From the IMG/VR virus record IMGVR_UViG_3300044627_004988: a stretch of 64,000 nt of DNA, one strand, 5' to 3'. This DNA is from an uncultured virus (IMG/VR IMGVR_UViG_3300044627_004988) (lineage: Duplodnaviria; Heunggongvirae; Uroviricota; Caudoviricetes). How positions within the stretch are numbered: the stretch's first letter is position 1; every line of letters starts with the position of its first letter. Of this stretch, positions 17,969-27,883 are shown piece after piece. A model generated the notes under the pieces. That model saw only the letters and a program-made list of their open reading frames with translations, was not told where the DNA came from and made no database searches. Both the position numbers and the translations under genes were made by a program.

Positions 17969-18538
17969 ATGCGCGCTAAACAAAAGACTACTTATTCTAT
18001 GAAAAATCCTACGCCTCAATTGTCTGGAGACGTAAACAAATGGTTTAAAGAAGAATATCAACACCTTGCAGACACTCTTTGTGGTGGAGACAAGTTTGCT
18101 GTTACCAAAATAGCTAAAGAAGAACAGCTTTATTTATCAGAATACTTAAGAGCTATCTATGTTTTACAGACAACTAATAGCTTTGCTGAGTTGTCTAAGT
18201 ACTCTATAAGTTACAATGTATATAAAGATATTTTGGTAAATTATAAACAAGTTGATTTATCTTCTTCTACAGAAGAAGATATTGTTTTAAATTTAAAGCC
18301 AAAGTTTAAATCTAAGCGCCAAGATAAATACGAAGAAGTTATCCAATGGTGCAAAGACAACGCAGGTAAGAAAGTTAAAGTAAAAGATGTATCCGATTTA
18401 GTAGAATGGTCTTATCCTACTGCTAACACTTTTGTCCAATCACGCCCAGATCTTTTCTCAAAGTTTTCTCATGGGGTTTATTTGTTAAAGAACCCAGATG
18501 AAGAAAGAATGAAAGAAAAAAAAAGCTTAAAGAATTAG
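17969..18538 (+). CDS. Hypothetical protein, possible C-terminal winged HTH
   Basis: 189-aa ORF, GGAG SD. Confidence 0.6.
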   Translation: MRAKQKTTYSMKNPTPQLSGDVNKWFKEEYQHLADTLCGGDKFAVTKIAKEEQLYLSEYLRAIYVLQTTNSFAELSKYSISYNVYKDILVNYKQVDLSSSTEEDIVLNLKPKFKSKRQDKYEEVIQWCKDNAGKKVKVKDVSDLVEWSYPTANTFVQSRPDLFSKFSHGVYLLKNPDEERMKEKKSLKN

Positions 18539-18548
18539 GAGATTAAAA

Positions 18549-18992
18549 ATGATTTTTGAAAACGAACAAACAACAATTTTTTCTGTTTTGATAGAAAACA
18601 ATGACCAATATTACGATGTAGCAGACTTAGAAGAAAATCCATATATTTATAAGATTTTAAGATCTTACGACAATGGATTAACTTGGAGCCATTTAGCTAC
18701 AATGAAAGCTTCTGATTTAGAAGAAGCTCATGATACTGTCGATTTGCTCAACGCTGGAGCACGAAAAAATAATTCTTTTAAAGATAACACTCCAACAAAC
18801 ATTTTTGGCAATGAGGTTAAACAATCAGACAAAAAATATCCCCATAACCATAGAACAAGTAATGGTTATGATGTTTTTATAGAAGCAGCACAGAAGTTTA
18901 AGAACGATTCTAATTATTATATTAAATATAAGAATGAAATAGATTCTGTTATAAACCAATCTATAGACCCTGAAGACGACGACATAAGATGA
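18549..18992 (+). CDS. Hypothetical protein
   Basis: 147-aa ORF, AGGAG SD. Confidence 0.6.
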   Translation: MIFENEQTTIFSVLIENNDQYYDVADLEENPYIYKILRSYDNGLTWSHLATMKASDLEEAHDTVDLLNAGARKNNSFKDNTPTNIFGNEVKQSDKKYPHNHRTSNGYDVFIEAAQKFKNDSNYYIKYKNEIDSVINQSIDPEDDDIR

Positions 18993-19068
18993 ACCCAGAT
19001 AAGTTTTTTTTATATAGTATTTTTGGTTTAATATCTGTTTCTTTTATTTTAGGAGTTTTGAGTTTATT

Positions 19069-19839
19069 GTGATAGTTTTAATTGTAGGATTGCCGGGCGC
19101 AGGTAAAACATCACTAGCACAAGAGCTAGTTAGTCGCACTGGAGCTATTCATTTAAACGCAGATGCTGTACGCGCAGATCTTAACAGTGATCTTGGATTC
19201 ACAACTACAGACCGTTTGGAGCAAGCCCGCAGAATGGGTTCAATGGCTAGACTTTTATCTGCTCAAGGTTTTTTAGTTATAGTTGATTTTGTTTGTCCGA
19301 CAAAAGAAACTCGTAAAATGTTTGGTAAAGCTGACTTTACTTTTTGGGTGAGTAGGATTGAAGAAGGTCGTTACGAAAATACAAATCGTATGTGGGAAGA
19401 TCTTTCTGAAGATGAATACGATTTAAAGATTAATAAAGGTCTTACTGTCAAGCAAGAGGGCGATGCCTGCTTTGGCAAGATGAAAATACCTTGTTGGAAG
19501 ACACCAACAACGCTCATGCTTGGCCGTTATCAACCATGGCATTCTGGCCACAAAGCTTTATACGAAGAAGCAAAAAAGCGTGGCAATCCTGTTGTTATTG
19601 GAGTACGAGATACTGGCGGGATGTCTAATAAAGATCCATTTGAGTACGCTACAGTAAAAGAACTAATATTAAAAGATGTGCCAGATGCTTTTGTCACAAT
19701 GATGCCAAACATAACCAAGATTATTTACGGAAGAGATGTTGGATATAGTATCGAAGAAATTGATTTACCTGACCACATAAAAGCTATATCTGCAACCCAG
19801 AAACGAAAAGAGCTAGAAGATGAACAACGTAATGCCTGA
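19069..19839 (+). CDS. Adenylylsulfate-kinase-like domain fused to HxGH nucleotidyltransferase domain
   Basis: GLPGAGKT, NADAVR..L..DLGF...DR.E..RR; GRYQPWHSGH, ISAT..R. Confidence 0.8.
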   Translation: MIVLIVGLPGAGKTSLAQELVSRTGAIHLNADAVRADLNSDLGFTTTDRLEQARRMGSMARLLSAQGFLVIVDFVCPTKETRKMFGKADFTFWVSRIEEGRYENTNRMWEDLSEDEYDLKINKGLTVKQEGDACFGKMKIPCWKTPTTLMLGRYQPWHSGHKALYEEAKKRGNPVVIGVRDTGGMSNKDPFEYATVKELILKDVPDAFVTMMPNITKIIYGRDVGYSIEEIDLPDHIKAISATQKRKELEDEQRNA

Positions 19840-20206
19840 TTGGGGCCAAGATGATTTATTGCCATCTGATAAAAAAGAAGCTACTAAAGAAAACACTGAA
19901 AAAATATTTCCAATAACATTTTCTGATTCTACTTCTTTTATTGATTTTAAACAAAACATGGAAAATTTAATTTCCTTTTTTACTAAACATAGCCCACCAA
20001 AACTAGGTGGTTTTGATTTAGATGATGCTTATTCTCAAAAAGGCGAGATCCCATTTCCTAAACAAAAAGACCTTCCTTACGATGAAGTTGTTGGCTTGTG
20101 CGGTGAATACGGTATAAACCCTCTTAACGTTACTTCTATCAAAGTTGCTGACCATGACACTGACAAATGTTTAAAAGTTATAACAATTGAGAAACTTGTT
20201 TTTTAA
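19820..20206 (+). CDS. Hypothetical protein
   Basis: 128-aa ORF. Confidence 0.5.
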   Translation: MNNVMPDWGQDDLLPSDKKEATKENTEKIFPITFSDSTSFIDFKQNMENLISFFTKHSPPKLGGFDLDDAYSQKGEIPFPKQKDLPYDEVVGLCGEYGINPLNVTSIKVADHDTDKCLKVITIEKLVF

Positions 20207-20208
20207 TT

Positions 20209-20403
20209 ATGTTTACAAAAAAAGTAAAGATAAAATTTGTTTCTTCTAAAAACAAAAAAATATGTACTATTAAAATAACAAAAAAAGAATTTGACAACTA
20301 CGAAAAAATAGCTTATTATTCAGGTCAAACTTTAGAGCAATTTGTTAATAAAGCTATTATTGATTATTTAAACAAACTAAAAAAGGAAGTTAAAAATGGA
20401 TAA
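20209..20403 (+). CDS. Small basic protein, possible ribbon-helix-helix
   Basis: TIKITKKEF....IA...[12 protein letters not shown]. Confidence 0.5.
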   Translation: MFTKKVKIKFVSSKNKKICTIKITKKEFDNYEKIAYYSGQTLEQFVNKAIIDYLNKLKKEVKNG

Positions 20404-20638
20404 CGAAGAAGTTTTTGCAAAATTTAAGACAAGCTTAGCTAAGATTGAACCTAAGTTTGATGTTGAAACAATTACTTTAAGCTCATCTCTTAAAGATGAT
20501 TTAGGTCTTGATTCTTTAGACGTTATAGAATTGCTTATGATTCTTGAAGAAGACTTTCAGTTAGAAATTAATATAGAAGATATAATTGATATTGAAACCG
20601 TTAAAGACGCTTGCAATATCCTACAAGATTTGTCGTAG
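20396..20638 (+). CDS. acpP: Acyl carrier protein
   Basis: [13 protein letters not shown] phosphopantetheine motif, LEEDF, TVKD. Confidence 0.92.
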   Translation: MDNEEVFAKFKTSLAKIEPKFDVETITLSSSLKDDLGLDSLDVIELLMILEEDFQLEINIEDIIDIETVKDACNILQDLS

Positions 20639-20646
20639 TACTTGAT

Positions 20647-20847
20647 ATGGCTAAAAAATGTTCTCTTGTTGGTTCTAAAGTACAGCTAATAAGTACAGAT
20701 GATCCTTATACTAAACTAAAGTCTGGCGATATCGGCGTCATAACTCATATTGATGACAATGGTACTGTTTTTGCAGATTGGGAAAACGGTTCTTCTTTAG
20801 GCCTTATTCCTAACATTGATAATTTTAAAATACTATCAGGGATGTGA
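20647..20847 (+). CDS. DUF4314-like SH3-fold protein
   Basis: G..V.L....DPY..L..GD.G....IDD.G.....WENGS.LGL. Confidence 0.75.
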   Translation: MAKKCSLVGSKVQLISTDDPYTKLKSGDIGVITHIDDNGTVFADWENGSSLGLIPNIDNFKILSGM

Positions 20848-20848
20848 T

Positions 20849-21130
20849 ATGGGTGATAACCACGAAACTCGCAAAGCAATACTAGCTTCTTTATTTAATA
20901 AGATTACTTTTGATGAATGGCTAGAAATAGGTATGAATCAGAACTGGTGCGGTCCAGCAGTATGCTACACCCATGATAGTTTTCCTATGAACGAAGAAGA
21001 AGATAATGAATTTGCTGATGGCAGCGATCCATGCATGCATATGATAAGATTGTACGAAGATAACGAGCACAAAGAATTAATAGAAGAAGCTCATTCTCCT
21101 TCTCAATGGAGAAAGCCATACAAGCAATAG
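20849..21130 (+). CDS. Hypothetical protein (CxxH ... CxH)
   Basis: WCGPAVCYTHD...DPCMH. Confidence 0.65.
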   Translation: MGDNHETRKAILASLFNKITFDEWLEIGMNQNWCGPAVCYTHDSFPMNEEEDNEFADGSDPCMHMIRLYEDNEHKELIEEAHSPSQWRKPYKQ

Positions 21131-21142
21131 TTAGGAAAAACA

Positions 21143-21391
21143 ATGCCCTATATACACAAGTTAGACAGAGAACAAATAGTTAACGGAAGAGACATTGAAA
21201 CTGCTGGTGAGTTAAACTTTGTTATCTCTACCCTTATCAACCAGTACCTTGTCAATAAAGGTAAAAACTATAGCAATATCAATGAAGCCATTGGTGTTCT
21301 TGAATGCGCTAAACTCGAGCTCTATCGTAGGGTAGCCTTACCATACGAAGATATTAAAATTGAAGCTAATGGTGATGTCTACACTATATAA
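21143..21391 (+). CDS. Conserved-looking phage hypothetical protein
   Basis: MPYI...GELNF...GVLECAKLELYRR...PYE..K...NGDVY. Confidence 0.7.
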   Translation: MPYIHKLDREQIVNGRDIETAGELNFVISTLINQYLVNKGKNYSNINEAIGVLECAKLELYRRVALPYEDIKIEANGDVYTI

Positions 21392-21563
21392 TACTCCTCA
21401 AGCACTTACTTGCGTGGATTGCAAGACTAAATCTGTACAAGTATCTAAAAACAAGAAGTTTAAAGTAAATCTTTGCGTCCCTTGTTTTATAGATAGAATG
21501 CTTCAAGAAAGTACTTCATAATTTTTTTTTTAAACATACGATATTAGATTACCGTTTTTTAGC

Positions 21564-21593
21564 TTGCAGTGCTGATTATTTGCATGGTATGAT
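21564..21593 (+). promoter_or_regulatory. Promoter for the oxygenase/lipid cluster
   Basis: TTGCAG-18 nt-TATGAT with extended TG. Confidence 0.5.
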
Positions 21594-21623
21594 ATAGGGT
21601 GACGCTATAGAGAGGGCACCGCC

Positions 21624-22565
21624 GTGATTACTTTTAATGACCTTGAATTGATCCATGAGGAAATATACCCACATATTGTTGTGTATAAAAACTTAATAAG
21701 AGATGTTGGTGCAATCAGCGATAGCCTAAAATTTTCTTCTCTTGTTACAGGGGAAGAAAAGCCTGGCATTTTGCCAATTTGGGGTAGATGGTTTGGTTTT
21801 GGAACATATGTTTCGGTGAGCGGCGATGCTTTGTCTCAAGATAGGCAAGCAGCAGATTTAGACGATGGTAATAGCTTGTATGAAAGAGAAAGAAGAGCTA
21901 TTCATGCAGCCTACAACGCTAGACTAGCTGCCATTTGCCATTATATGGGCAAGTACAATATGGGTGGCGGAAAATATCCAGAAGATGTTAAGACTTATAT
22001 TCAGCCTTCTATTAACTTTGCTAAATACGATCCAGATATTAAAGGTCTTGGAGCTATGGGCGAAGAAGAGCCGGAACTGACTATGCAATACCACACTGAT
22101 TTTCATTTAGATAAAATACTTAGACCATGTGAGAACTTTATGCTTACTTGTAATATCTATTGGAATGACGACTATGACGGTGGAGAAGTAACATTTTTGG
22201 TTCATGGTAAAGTTGTTGACTATAAACCTGTTGCAGGGGATGTGGTAGTTTTCCCTTCCGGTTCGTATCTTTTTCCTGGCGATGAGCCATACTTCCATGG
22301 TGTTCGTACTGTAAAGAACGGTAATAAATTTATTTCTAGAAACTATTTAATGTATTCTCAGCCAGCTAGCCAAAATTGGATTGACGGAGTAGCAAAATAT
22401 GGAGAAGAAGAATGGTTGAAAATGGAGAAAGAACGTCAAGCAAAAGATAAGATTGCTCCTAACGTTGTTGTGTTAGACTACCATAACCCACCGCCAGGTA
22501 AGGATTTCGATTTATTATATAACCCTGTAGTAAAAGAATACTATTGGAAAAAGGACAAAAAATAA
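21624..22565 (+). CDS. 2OG-Fe(II) oxygenase (prolyl-4-hydroxylase-like)
   Basis: HTD, YWNDDYDGGE, FHGV..V..G.K. Confidence 0.85.
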   Translation: MITFNDLELIHEEIYPHIVVYKNLIRDVGAISDSLKFSSLVTGEEKPGILPIWGRWFGFGTYVSVSGDALSQDRQAADLDDGNSLYERERRAIHAAYNARLAAICHYMGKYNMGGGKYPEDVKTYIQPSINFAKYDPDIKGLGAMGEEEPELTMQYHTDFHLDKILRPCENFMLTCNIYWNDDYDGGEVTFLVHGKVVDYKPVAGDVVVFPSGSYLFPGDEPYFHGVRTVKNGNKFISRNYLMYSQPASQNWIDGVAKYGEEEWLKMEKERQAKDKIAPNVVVLDYHNPPPGKDFDLLYNPVVKEYYWKKDKK

Positions 22566-22566
22566 T

Positions 22567-23151
22567 ATGTACAAAGGAAATAGCCAACAAGAGAAGTTTG
22601 TAGTAGACCTCCTAAAAGGAAAAAGAAATGGGTACTACGTAGAGTTAGGTGGCTTTAATTCTACTATGGGGAGCAACACGTATCATCTTGAAAATGACTA
22701 TGATTGGAACGGTGTTTCTTTTGAAATAGTAGATGAACGTAGAGAAGAGTTTCTTTCTAACAGAAAAAATCCCTGTTTTGGAGATGCGCTAAAGTTTGAT
22801 TATATCTCATATTTTGAAGCCAACCATTTCCCAAAACAAATAGATTATTTACAGGTTGATATAGACGCAGGCTATGACCTATCTTTGAGACCCCTAGGCA
22901 ATGCCTATACAACCCTACATGGCCTGATAACCGTGCCACTGACCCAGTACAGATTTTCTGTTATAACTTTTGAGCATGACGCTAATATGTACTTTAGGAA
23001 TCGTGGTATGCGTGAAGCCCAAAGAGAGATTCTTGATTCATTAGGTTATACTTTAGTTGTGAGAGATATCCACGAAGATTGGTGGGTCGATCCTCTAGAA
23101 GTTAGCCCTGAAGAATATAGGAAATATTTAAGATGGCAAACCCTAACTTAG
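22567..23151 (+). CDS. FkbM-like SAM methyltransferase
   Basis: YVELG, SNT..LE...W.G, IDYLQVDID, ITFEHD. Confidence 0.75.
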   Translation: MYKGNSQQEKFVVDLLKGKRNGYYVELGGFNSTMGSNTYHLENDYDWNGVSFEIVDERREEFLSNRKNPCFGDALKFDYISYFEANHFPKQIDYLQVDIDAGYDLSLRPLGNAYTTLHGLITVPLTQYRFSVITFEHDANMYFRNRGMREAQREILDSLGYTLVVRDIHEDWWVDPLEVSPEEYRKYLRWQTLT

Positions 23152-23161
23152 GATTTTATTT

Positions 23162-23770
23162 ATGAGCGCATTGTACCCAACTATAATAGTAGAAAAGTTT
23201 TTTTCTGATGAAGAATGCAATCTTTTGTTAGACAATATAAAAAATTCAGGTAAAGAATTTGACGTTATAGACTACGGTGGTGGAGACAAAGGCAAAAGTT
23301 ACTTTAATGTTTCAGATCTTCCTATGAAAAGTTATTACGACGCTTTAAACAAGTTCATAGAAAAAAATTACAATTGCTCTATCGTTTCATCACGCGGGAA
23401 AAGCGTTGCAAGATACACTAAAGATCAAAACATTAATTTGCATCAGGATTGGGATCCTAAGTCCCCGGATGTAGTTGAGCACAGCAAGCCCCAGGTGCAT
23501 ATATCTAGTATTACCTATCTTAACGAAGATTTTATTGGTGGAGAAATTGTAATTGCAGAAACTAGTAAAAATATAGATAAGTCGAGTGATGAACAAAGAC
23601 AATTGGTGTTGGAGCAGATTGCAAATAACTCTACCCTAATGACTGTTACGCCAAAAACTGGTTTAACTATTTTTTTTGATGCGCTGTGCTGGCATATAAC
23701 TAATCCGATAAGTTCAGGCATAAAATACTGCTATACTGATTTTTACTCAATAGAGAAAGTAGAAAGCTAA
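23162..23770 (+). CDS. 2OG-Fe(II) oxygenase
   Basis: HQD, YLNEDFIGGE, WH.T.PI..G.KY. Confidence 0.85.
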   Translation: MSALYPTIIVEKFFSDEECNLLLDNIKNSGKEFDVIDYGGGDKGKSYFNVSDLPMKSYYDALNKFIEKNYNCSIVSSRGKSVARYTKDQNINLHQDWDPKSPDVVEHSKPQVHISSITYLNEDFIGGEIVIAETSKNIDKSSDEQRQLVLEQIANNSTLMTVTPKTGLTIFFDALCWHITNPISSGIKYCYTDFYSIEKVES

Positions 23771-24558
23771 TGATAGTTAAGCACTTGGGTGGGGGCATTG
23801 TCCTCATAGAAGATCTTCTAAGTAAAGAAGAGCTAGATTCCATTAATCTTGATTTAGTTGTAGAGAAGTGCCCAGTCCAAGGATTCAAGGCTGTTGGGGA
23901 AAAACTATTCCTAGAAGGGGGTTACGAAATAAAAGACCAACAAGAAGATATACCCAGCTTTGCTAGTAGGTATTCGGAAAATATTGAATCACTTCCCTTT
24001 TACCCAACTGTAGATGAAGCTATGTATCGTGGGGTTGTTGAGTATTGTAAAATTTTTCCTGTCGCTGTTGAATCTATAACTAATTGCGTTGGTCGTCATT
24101 TTATCAAATATGTTTCTGGTAACTTTATGGGCCCACATTCTGATTCCTCATTGTCTTACAAGCAAGGGACCGTTGAACCAACCTCCGCTATTGCTCTAGG
24201 TAACACTATCACTGTATCAATTATATTAAACGACCAGTTTGAAGGTGGTTCTATATTATTTAATACATGGGGACTCAAAGTAGAGCCAAAACCTGGTTCA
24301 GCCTTATACTATCCCTCTAATTATATTGGGTCTCATGAGGTCAAAGAAGTTACCTCTGGAGTTCGTTGGGCTTATCTTGCTTTTTATGCCCACGGTGATA
24401 GAACTTTTACTTCTAACGCATCTTTAGAAAAATACCCAGAAAGATACCAATGGACAATGAAGTTGAGAGAAGACATAAAAAAAGCCTGCGAAGAAGACGG
24501 CTTAATTGGCGAAGATGTTGATATACTTAACTTAAATCGTCTTCAAAGAAAAGTATAA
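23770..24558 (+). CDS. 2OG-Fe(II) oxygenase
   Basis: HSD, LNDQFEGG, HEVKEVTSGVR. Confidence 0.85.
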   Translation: MIVKHLGGGIVLIEDLLSKEELDSINLDLVVEKCPVQGFKAVGEKLFLEGGYEIKDQQEDIPSFASRYSENIESLPFYPTVDEAMYRGVVEYCKIFPVAVESITNCVGRHFIKYVSGNFMGPHSDSSLSYKQGTVEPTSAIALGNTITVSIILNDQFEGGSILFNTWGLKVEPKPGSALYYPSNYIGSHEVKEVTSGVRWAYLAFYAHGDRTFTSNASLEKYPERYQWTMKLREDIKKACEEDGLIGEDVDILNLNRLQRKV

Positions 24559-24559
24559 A

Positions 24560-25813
24560 ATGATTGACAATGGACCAAAAAAAGTTACGGATTGGGCAAC
24601 TGATTTTGATCATGGCTCCCAAGAATGGGCAGATGACCCATATGCTATTATAAACGAATTAAAAAACGCTGGTTGCCCAATAGCACACACAGAGCGTTAC
24701 GGGGGGATGTGGGTTCCTACAACTTATGACATGATTAAGCAAATATTCCTTGATACAAAGAATTTTAGTAGCGAGGGCACTATTATCCGAGAAGAAAGGC
24801 CGTACCAGCAGGCTATTTTTTTAAAAGAAACTGCATCTCCTATAGGCATTATGCCTCCAATAACTTCTGACCCGCCATTCCATAAAATAGCTAGGAATTT
24901 GTTATCTCCTATTTTTTCTCCAGATGTAATTGCATTGTGGCATGATGAAATAGGGACGACGTGTAATAGGCTTATAAGATCAATGGAAAATCAAAAAAGC
25001 TCTGAGCTTATGCACTCTTACTGTAATAGAATCCCATCTATAATAATAGCAAAAATGCTAGGTGTCCCAGAACAGGATATTGATAAATTTGATGATTGGG
25101 TAACTTTTTTTATGCACGATATAAATGAGCCACCAAGTAGAGATCGTTTTATAAAATACTTAAAATATAAAAAATACATGGAGAATCATGTTGATGATCA
25201 CATAAAAAATCCAAAAAAAGATATTATTAGTTATTTATTGAGCTGCAATATTGAAGATAAAACATTATCAATACCTTACTTAATTGGGATAATTACTTTA
25301 ATACTAGTGGCAGGGGTGCATACCGTGTCTAGCGTTATGGGTTCATCATTATGGCACCTTGCAACCAACCCAGTAGACCGTCGTCGTTTGGTAGAAAACC
25401 CAGACATGATTCCTACAGCTGTTGAAGAGTTCCTTCGTGCATATGCGCCTGTGACTATAGCCCGCCTTTTGAAAGAAGACATAGAATTCCATGGCGTACA
25501 GATGAAGAAAGAAGATTGGGTACTTCTCTCTCTTCCCGCAGCTAACCGTGACGAAAAGCAATTTGCAAACGCGCATGAGGTTATAATTGACCGTGAAGAC
25601 AATCGCCATGCTGCCTTTGGCCTTGGGGTCCACAGCTGCCTTGGATCAAGTCTTGCTCGTCTAGAGCTTAAGGTTGCAATATCAACTTTTCTTGAAAATT
25701 TTCCAAATTTTTGGGTTGATCCGCATACTGAAGTTAAGTGGAGTACAGGGCAAGTTAGGGGTCCGTTAAATTTATCACTTATATTTGGAGACGATAAAAA
25801 GCCCGGTAATTAG
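24560..25813 (+). CDS. Cytochrome P450
   Basis: DPP.H...R, I-helix AGVHT, EEFLR (ExxR), heme motif FGLGVHSCLG. Confidence 0.95.
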   Translation: MIDNGPKKVTDWATDFDHGSQEWADDPYAIINELKNAGCPIAHTERYGGMWVPTTYDMIKQIFLDTKNFSSEGTIIREERPYQQAIFLKETASPIGIMPPITSDPPFHKIARNLLSPIFSPDVIALWHDEIGTTCNRLIRSMENQKSSELMHSYCNRIPSIIIAKMLGVPEQDIDKFDDWVTFFMHDINEPPSRDRFIKYLKYKKYMENHVDDHIKNPKKDIISYLLSCNIEDKTLSIPYLIGIITLILVAGVHTVSSVMGSSLWHLATNPVDRRRLVENPDMIPTAVEEFLRAYAPVTIARLLKEDIEFHGVQMKKEDWVLLSLPAANRDEKQFANAHEVIIDREDNRHAAFGLGVHSCLGSSLARLELKVAISTFLENFPNFWVDPHTEVKWSTGQVRGPLNLSLIFGDDKKPGN

Positions 25814-25869
25814 AGGTTGCTAAATAATTCTTTATATGGTAATCTTAACAAAAGAATGTGAGGATATAA

Positions 25870-26433
25870 ATGAATTTTCCTACCTTAATAGCAGACAAAT
25901 TAATCTCCAACGAAGACTGCAACTTTTTATTAGATGGGATTTCTGAATGTAAGTTTCAGCAGTACAACAACGCTGAGTCCTATAGGCCAGAAGATGATGA
26001 CGATATGTTTAATGGTAATGTATCTAAATACAATAAATTTAAAGATATTATTTTAGGACTATCATCTTTTGTTGAAAAACATTACGCCGTGCGCGTTCTT
26101 AATATTTATGGTAATGTTTTTATGAAATATGAAAATACCCAAAACATAAGATTACATAAAGATTATGATATGGACGATCCGTATCAAGCTGCTAAAGAAC
26201 CATTTAATATTAGCAGTGTTTTTTATCTTAACGATGATTACCAAGGTGGAAAACTTATCTTTCCAAATGAATCTGACAAACCTATTACCGAAAGAGAAAA
26301 TAGACTTGAGTTTATCCCAAAACAAGGTTCTGTAATATTTTTTGACTCAATCTCGATACATTATACTGACCTGGTAACTTACGGTACTAAGTATGTTCTC
26401 ACTAACTTTTATGACGTGTTAGAAAATAACTAG
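25870..26433 (+). CDS. 2OG-Fe(II) oxygenase
   Basis: HKD, YLNDDYQGG, H....V..G.KY. Confidence 0.85.
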   Translation: MNFPTLIADKLISNEDCNFLLDGISECKFQQYNNAESYRPEDDDDMFNGNVSKYNKFKDIILGLSSFVEKHYAVRVLNIYGNVFMKYENTQNIRLHKDYDMDDPYQAAKEPFNISSVFYLNDDYQGGKLIFPNESDKPITERENRLEFIPKQGSVIFFDSISIHYTDLVTYGTKYVLTNFYDVLENN

Positions 26434-26447
26434 AAAGAAGTCAACAA

Positions 26448-27164
26448 ATGAAAAATTTTTGGAATGAAGAAGTAATGGATATTCCAATATGTCAAGATTT
26501 ATGCGAAAACTGGGAAGAGATCAGGGATGAAGCCTTACTTTACTTAGGAAAGCCGCATCCTTATTCTAGAGATAAATCACCAATACTTAAATACCCGACC
26601 TATACCAAACCAAGTATTGATAACCCAGAGGTCAAACAGAGAATATATGATGGGGACTGGGGAATAGCACCTTTGGGTATAAAAACCCCAAAAGAAGATA
26701 AGAACGACAAAAATTTTGGACATAACCGTTTATTCGGTACGAGCGAAAAATTCTTAGAAAAATACACTAAATGGAACACAGGAAAGACCGTTGATGAAAA
26801 CTTAGAATTTCAATCAACTCAATTTCCCTTTTTCCATAACATATTACAAAAACATGACGCAGGGTGTTTAATGAGCGCTGCTCTCAGTTTACTTACCCCA
26901 GGTTCGGTAATCAACCCACATACTGGAGGAGAAGGTTTTATCAGATGCCATTTATGCTTAGTTAACGATCAAGGTTGTTCAATGACAGTTAACGGCGAAA
27001 CACAAAAATGGGAAAATGGTAAAATAACAGCTTTTGAAGACAGATTAACGCATTCTGTAATTCACGCAGGAACTCAAAATAGATTAGTTTTATTATTTGA
27101 TATTAGCCTTGAGTATGCAAAAAGATATATTAAAGATGAAGATTTTCAAGGGCTAGGTAATTAA
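26448..27164 (+). CDS. Aspartyl/asparaginyl beta-hydroxylase (AspH/LpxO) family
   Basis: S.L.PG..I.PH.G....IRCHL.L, W..G....F.D...HSV...G...R.VL.FD. Confidence 0.85.
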   Translation: MKNFWNEEVMDIPICQDLCENWEEIRDEALLYLGKPHPYSRDKSPILKYPTYTKPSIDNPEVKQRIYDGDWGIAPLGIKTPKEDKNDKNFGHNRLFGTSEKFLEKYTKWNTGKTVDENLEFQSTQFPFFHNILQKHDAGCLMSAALSLLTPGSVINPHTGGEGFIRCHLCLVNDQGCSMTVNGETQKWENGKITAFEDRLTHSVIHAGTQNRLVLLFDISLEYAKRYIKDEDFQGLGN

Positions 27165-27165
27165 T

Positions 27166-27870
27166 ATGGAACAAGCTTTTTGGGATGAAGAAGTAATGGC
27201 GATACCAGTTTGTCAAGAAATAGTTAAAAACTGGGAAAAAATTAAAGAAGAAGCTTTATCTTTTATTAACACAAAAAATCCAAATACAAAAAATAAAAAA
27301 TCCACAACTTTGCTTACTTCAAAATTTATGAAAATACCTAAAATAAAAAACGATAAAATAACAGAAGAATTCGTAACGGTTTCTGACAAAGGTTCTTGGG
27401 AAGTAGTATATGTTGGAAAAAATAAAATTAGATCAAACTCAGGTGAATTTAGTAAATTAAATGATTTTTATCAAAGAATTACATTAAAAAATACTGGAAA
27501 AACTATAGAAGAGAATGCAGAATACGCAATCAAGTTTTTTAAGACTTATAATGAAATAGTTGAATTTTTTGCTCCAGGCGAATGCTCGGCATCTACCTTA
27601 AGTATAGTCTCCCCTGGCACTTCTATATCCCCTCATTTTGGGGCACCGGGGTTTCTTAGGTGCCACCTATGCCTTGTGAATGATAGTGGTTGCACTATAA
27701 CAATTGGCGAAGAACAAAGACAATGGCACGAGGGTAAATTGCTAGCTTTTAAAGATGGTGGCCCATACGCTCACTCAGTAAATCACACTGGCACCAGAGA
27801 TAGAATTGTGTTAATATTTGATATTAGCCTTGATTACGCAAGAAAATATATTAAAAACACGGATTTCTAA
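27166..27870 (+). CDS. AspH/LpxO family, tandem paralog
   Basis: Same motifs as upstream gene; shared N-terminus FW.EEVM.IP.CQ. Confidence 0.85.
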   Translation: MEQAFWDEEVMAIPVCQEIVKNWEKIKEEALSFINTKNPNTKNKKSTTLLTSKFMKIPKIKNDKITEEFVTVSDKGSWEVVYVGKNKIRSNSGEFSKLNDFYQRITLKNTGKTIEENAEYAIKFFKTYNEIVEFFAPGECSASTLSIVSPGTSISPHFGAPGFLRCHLCLVNDSGCTITIGEEQRQWHEGKLLAFKDGGPYAHSVNHTGTRDRIVLIFDISLDYARKYIKNTDF

Positions 27871-27883
27871 AGATTGGAAAAAA

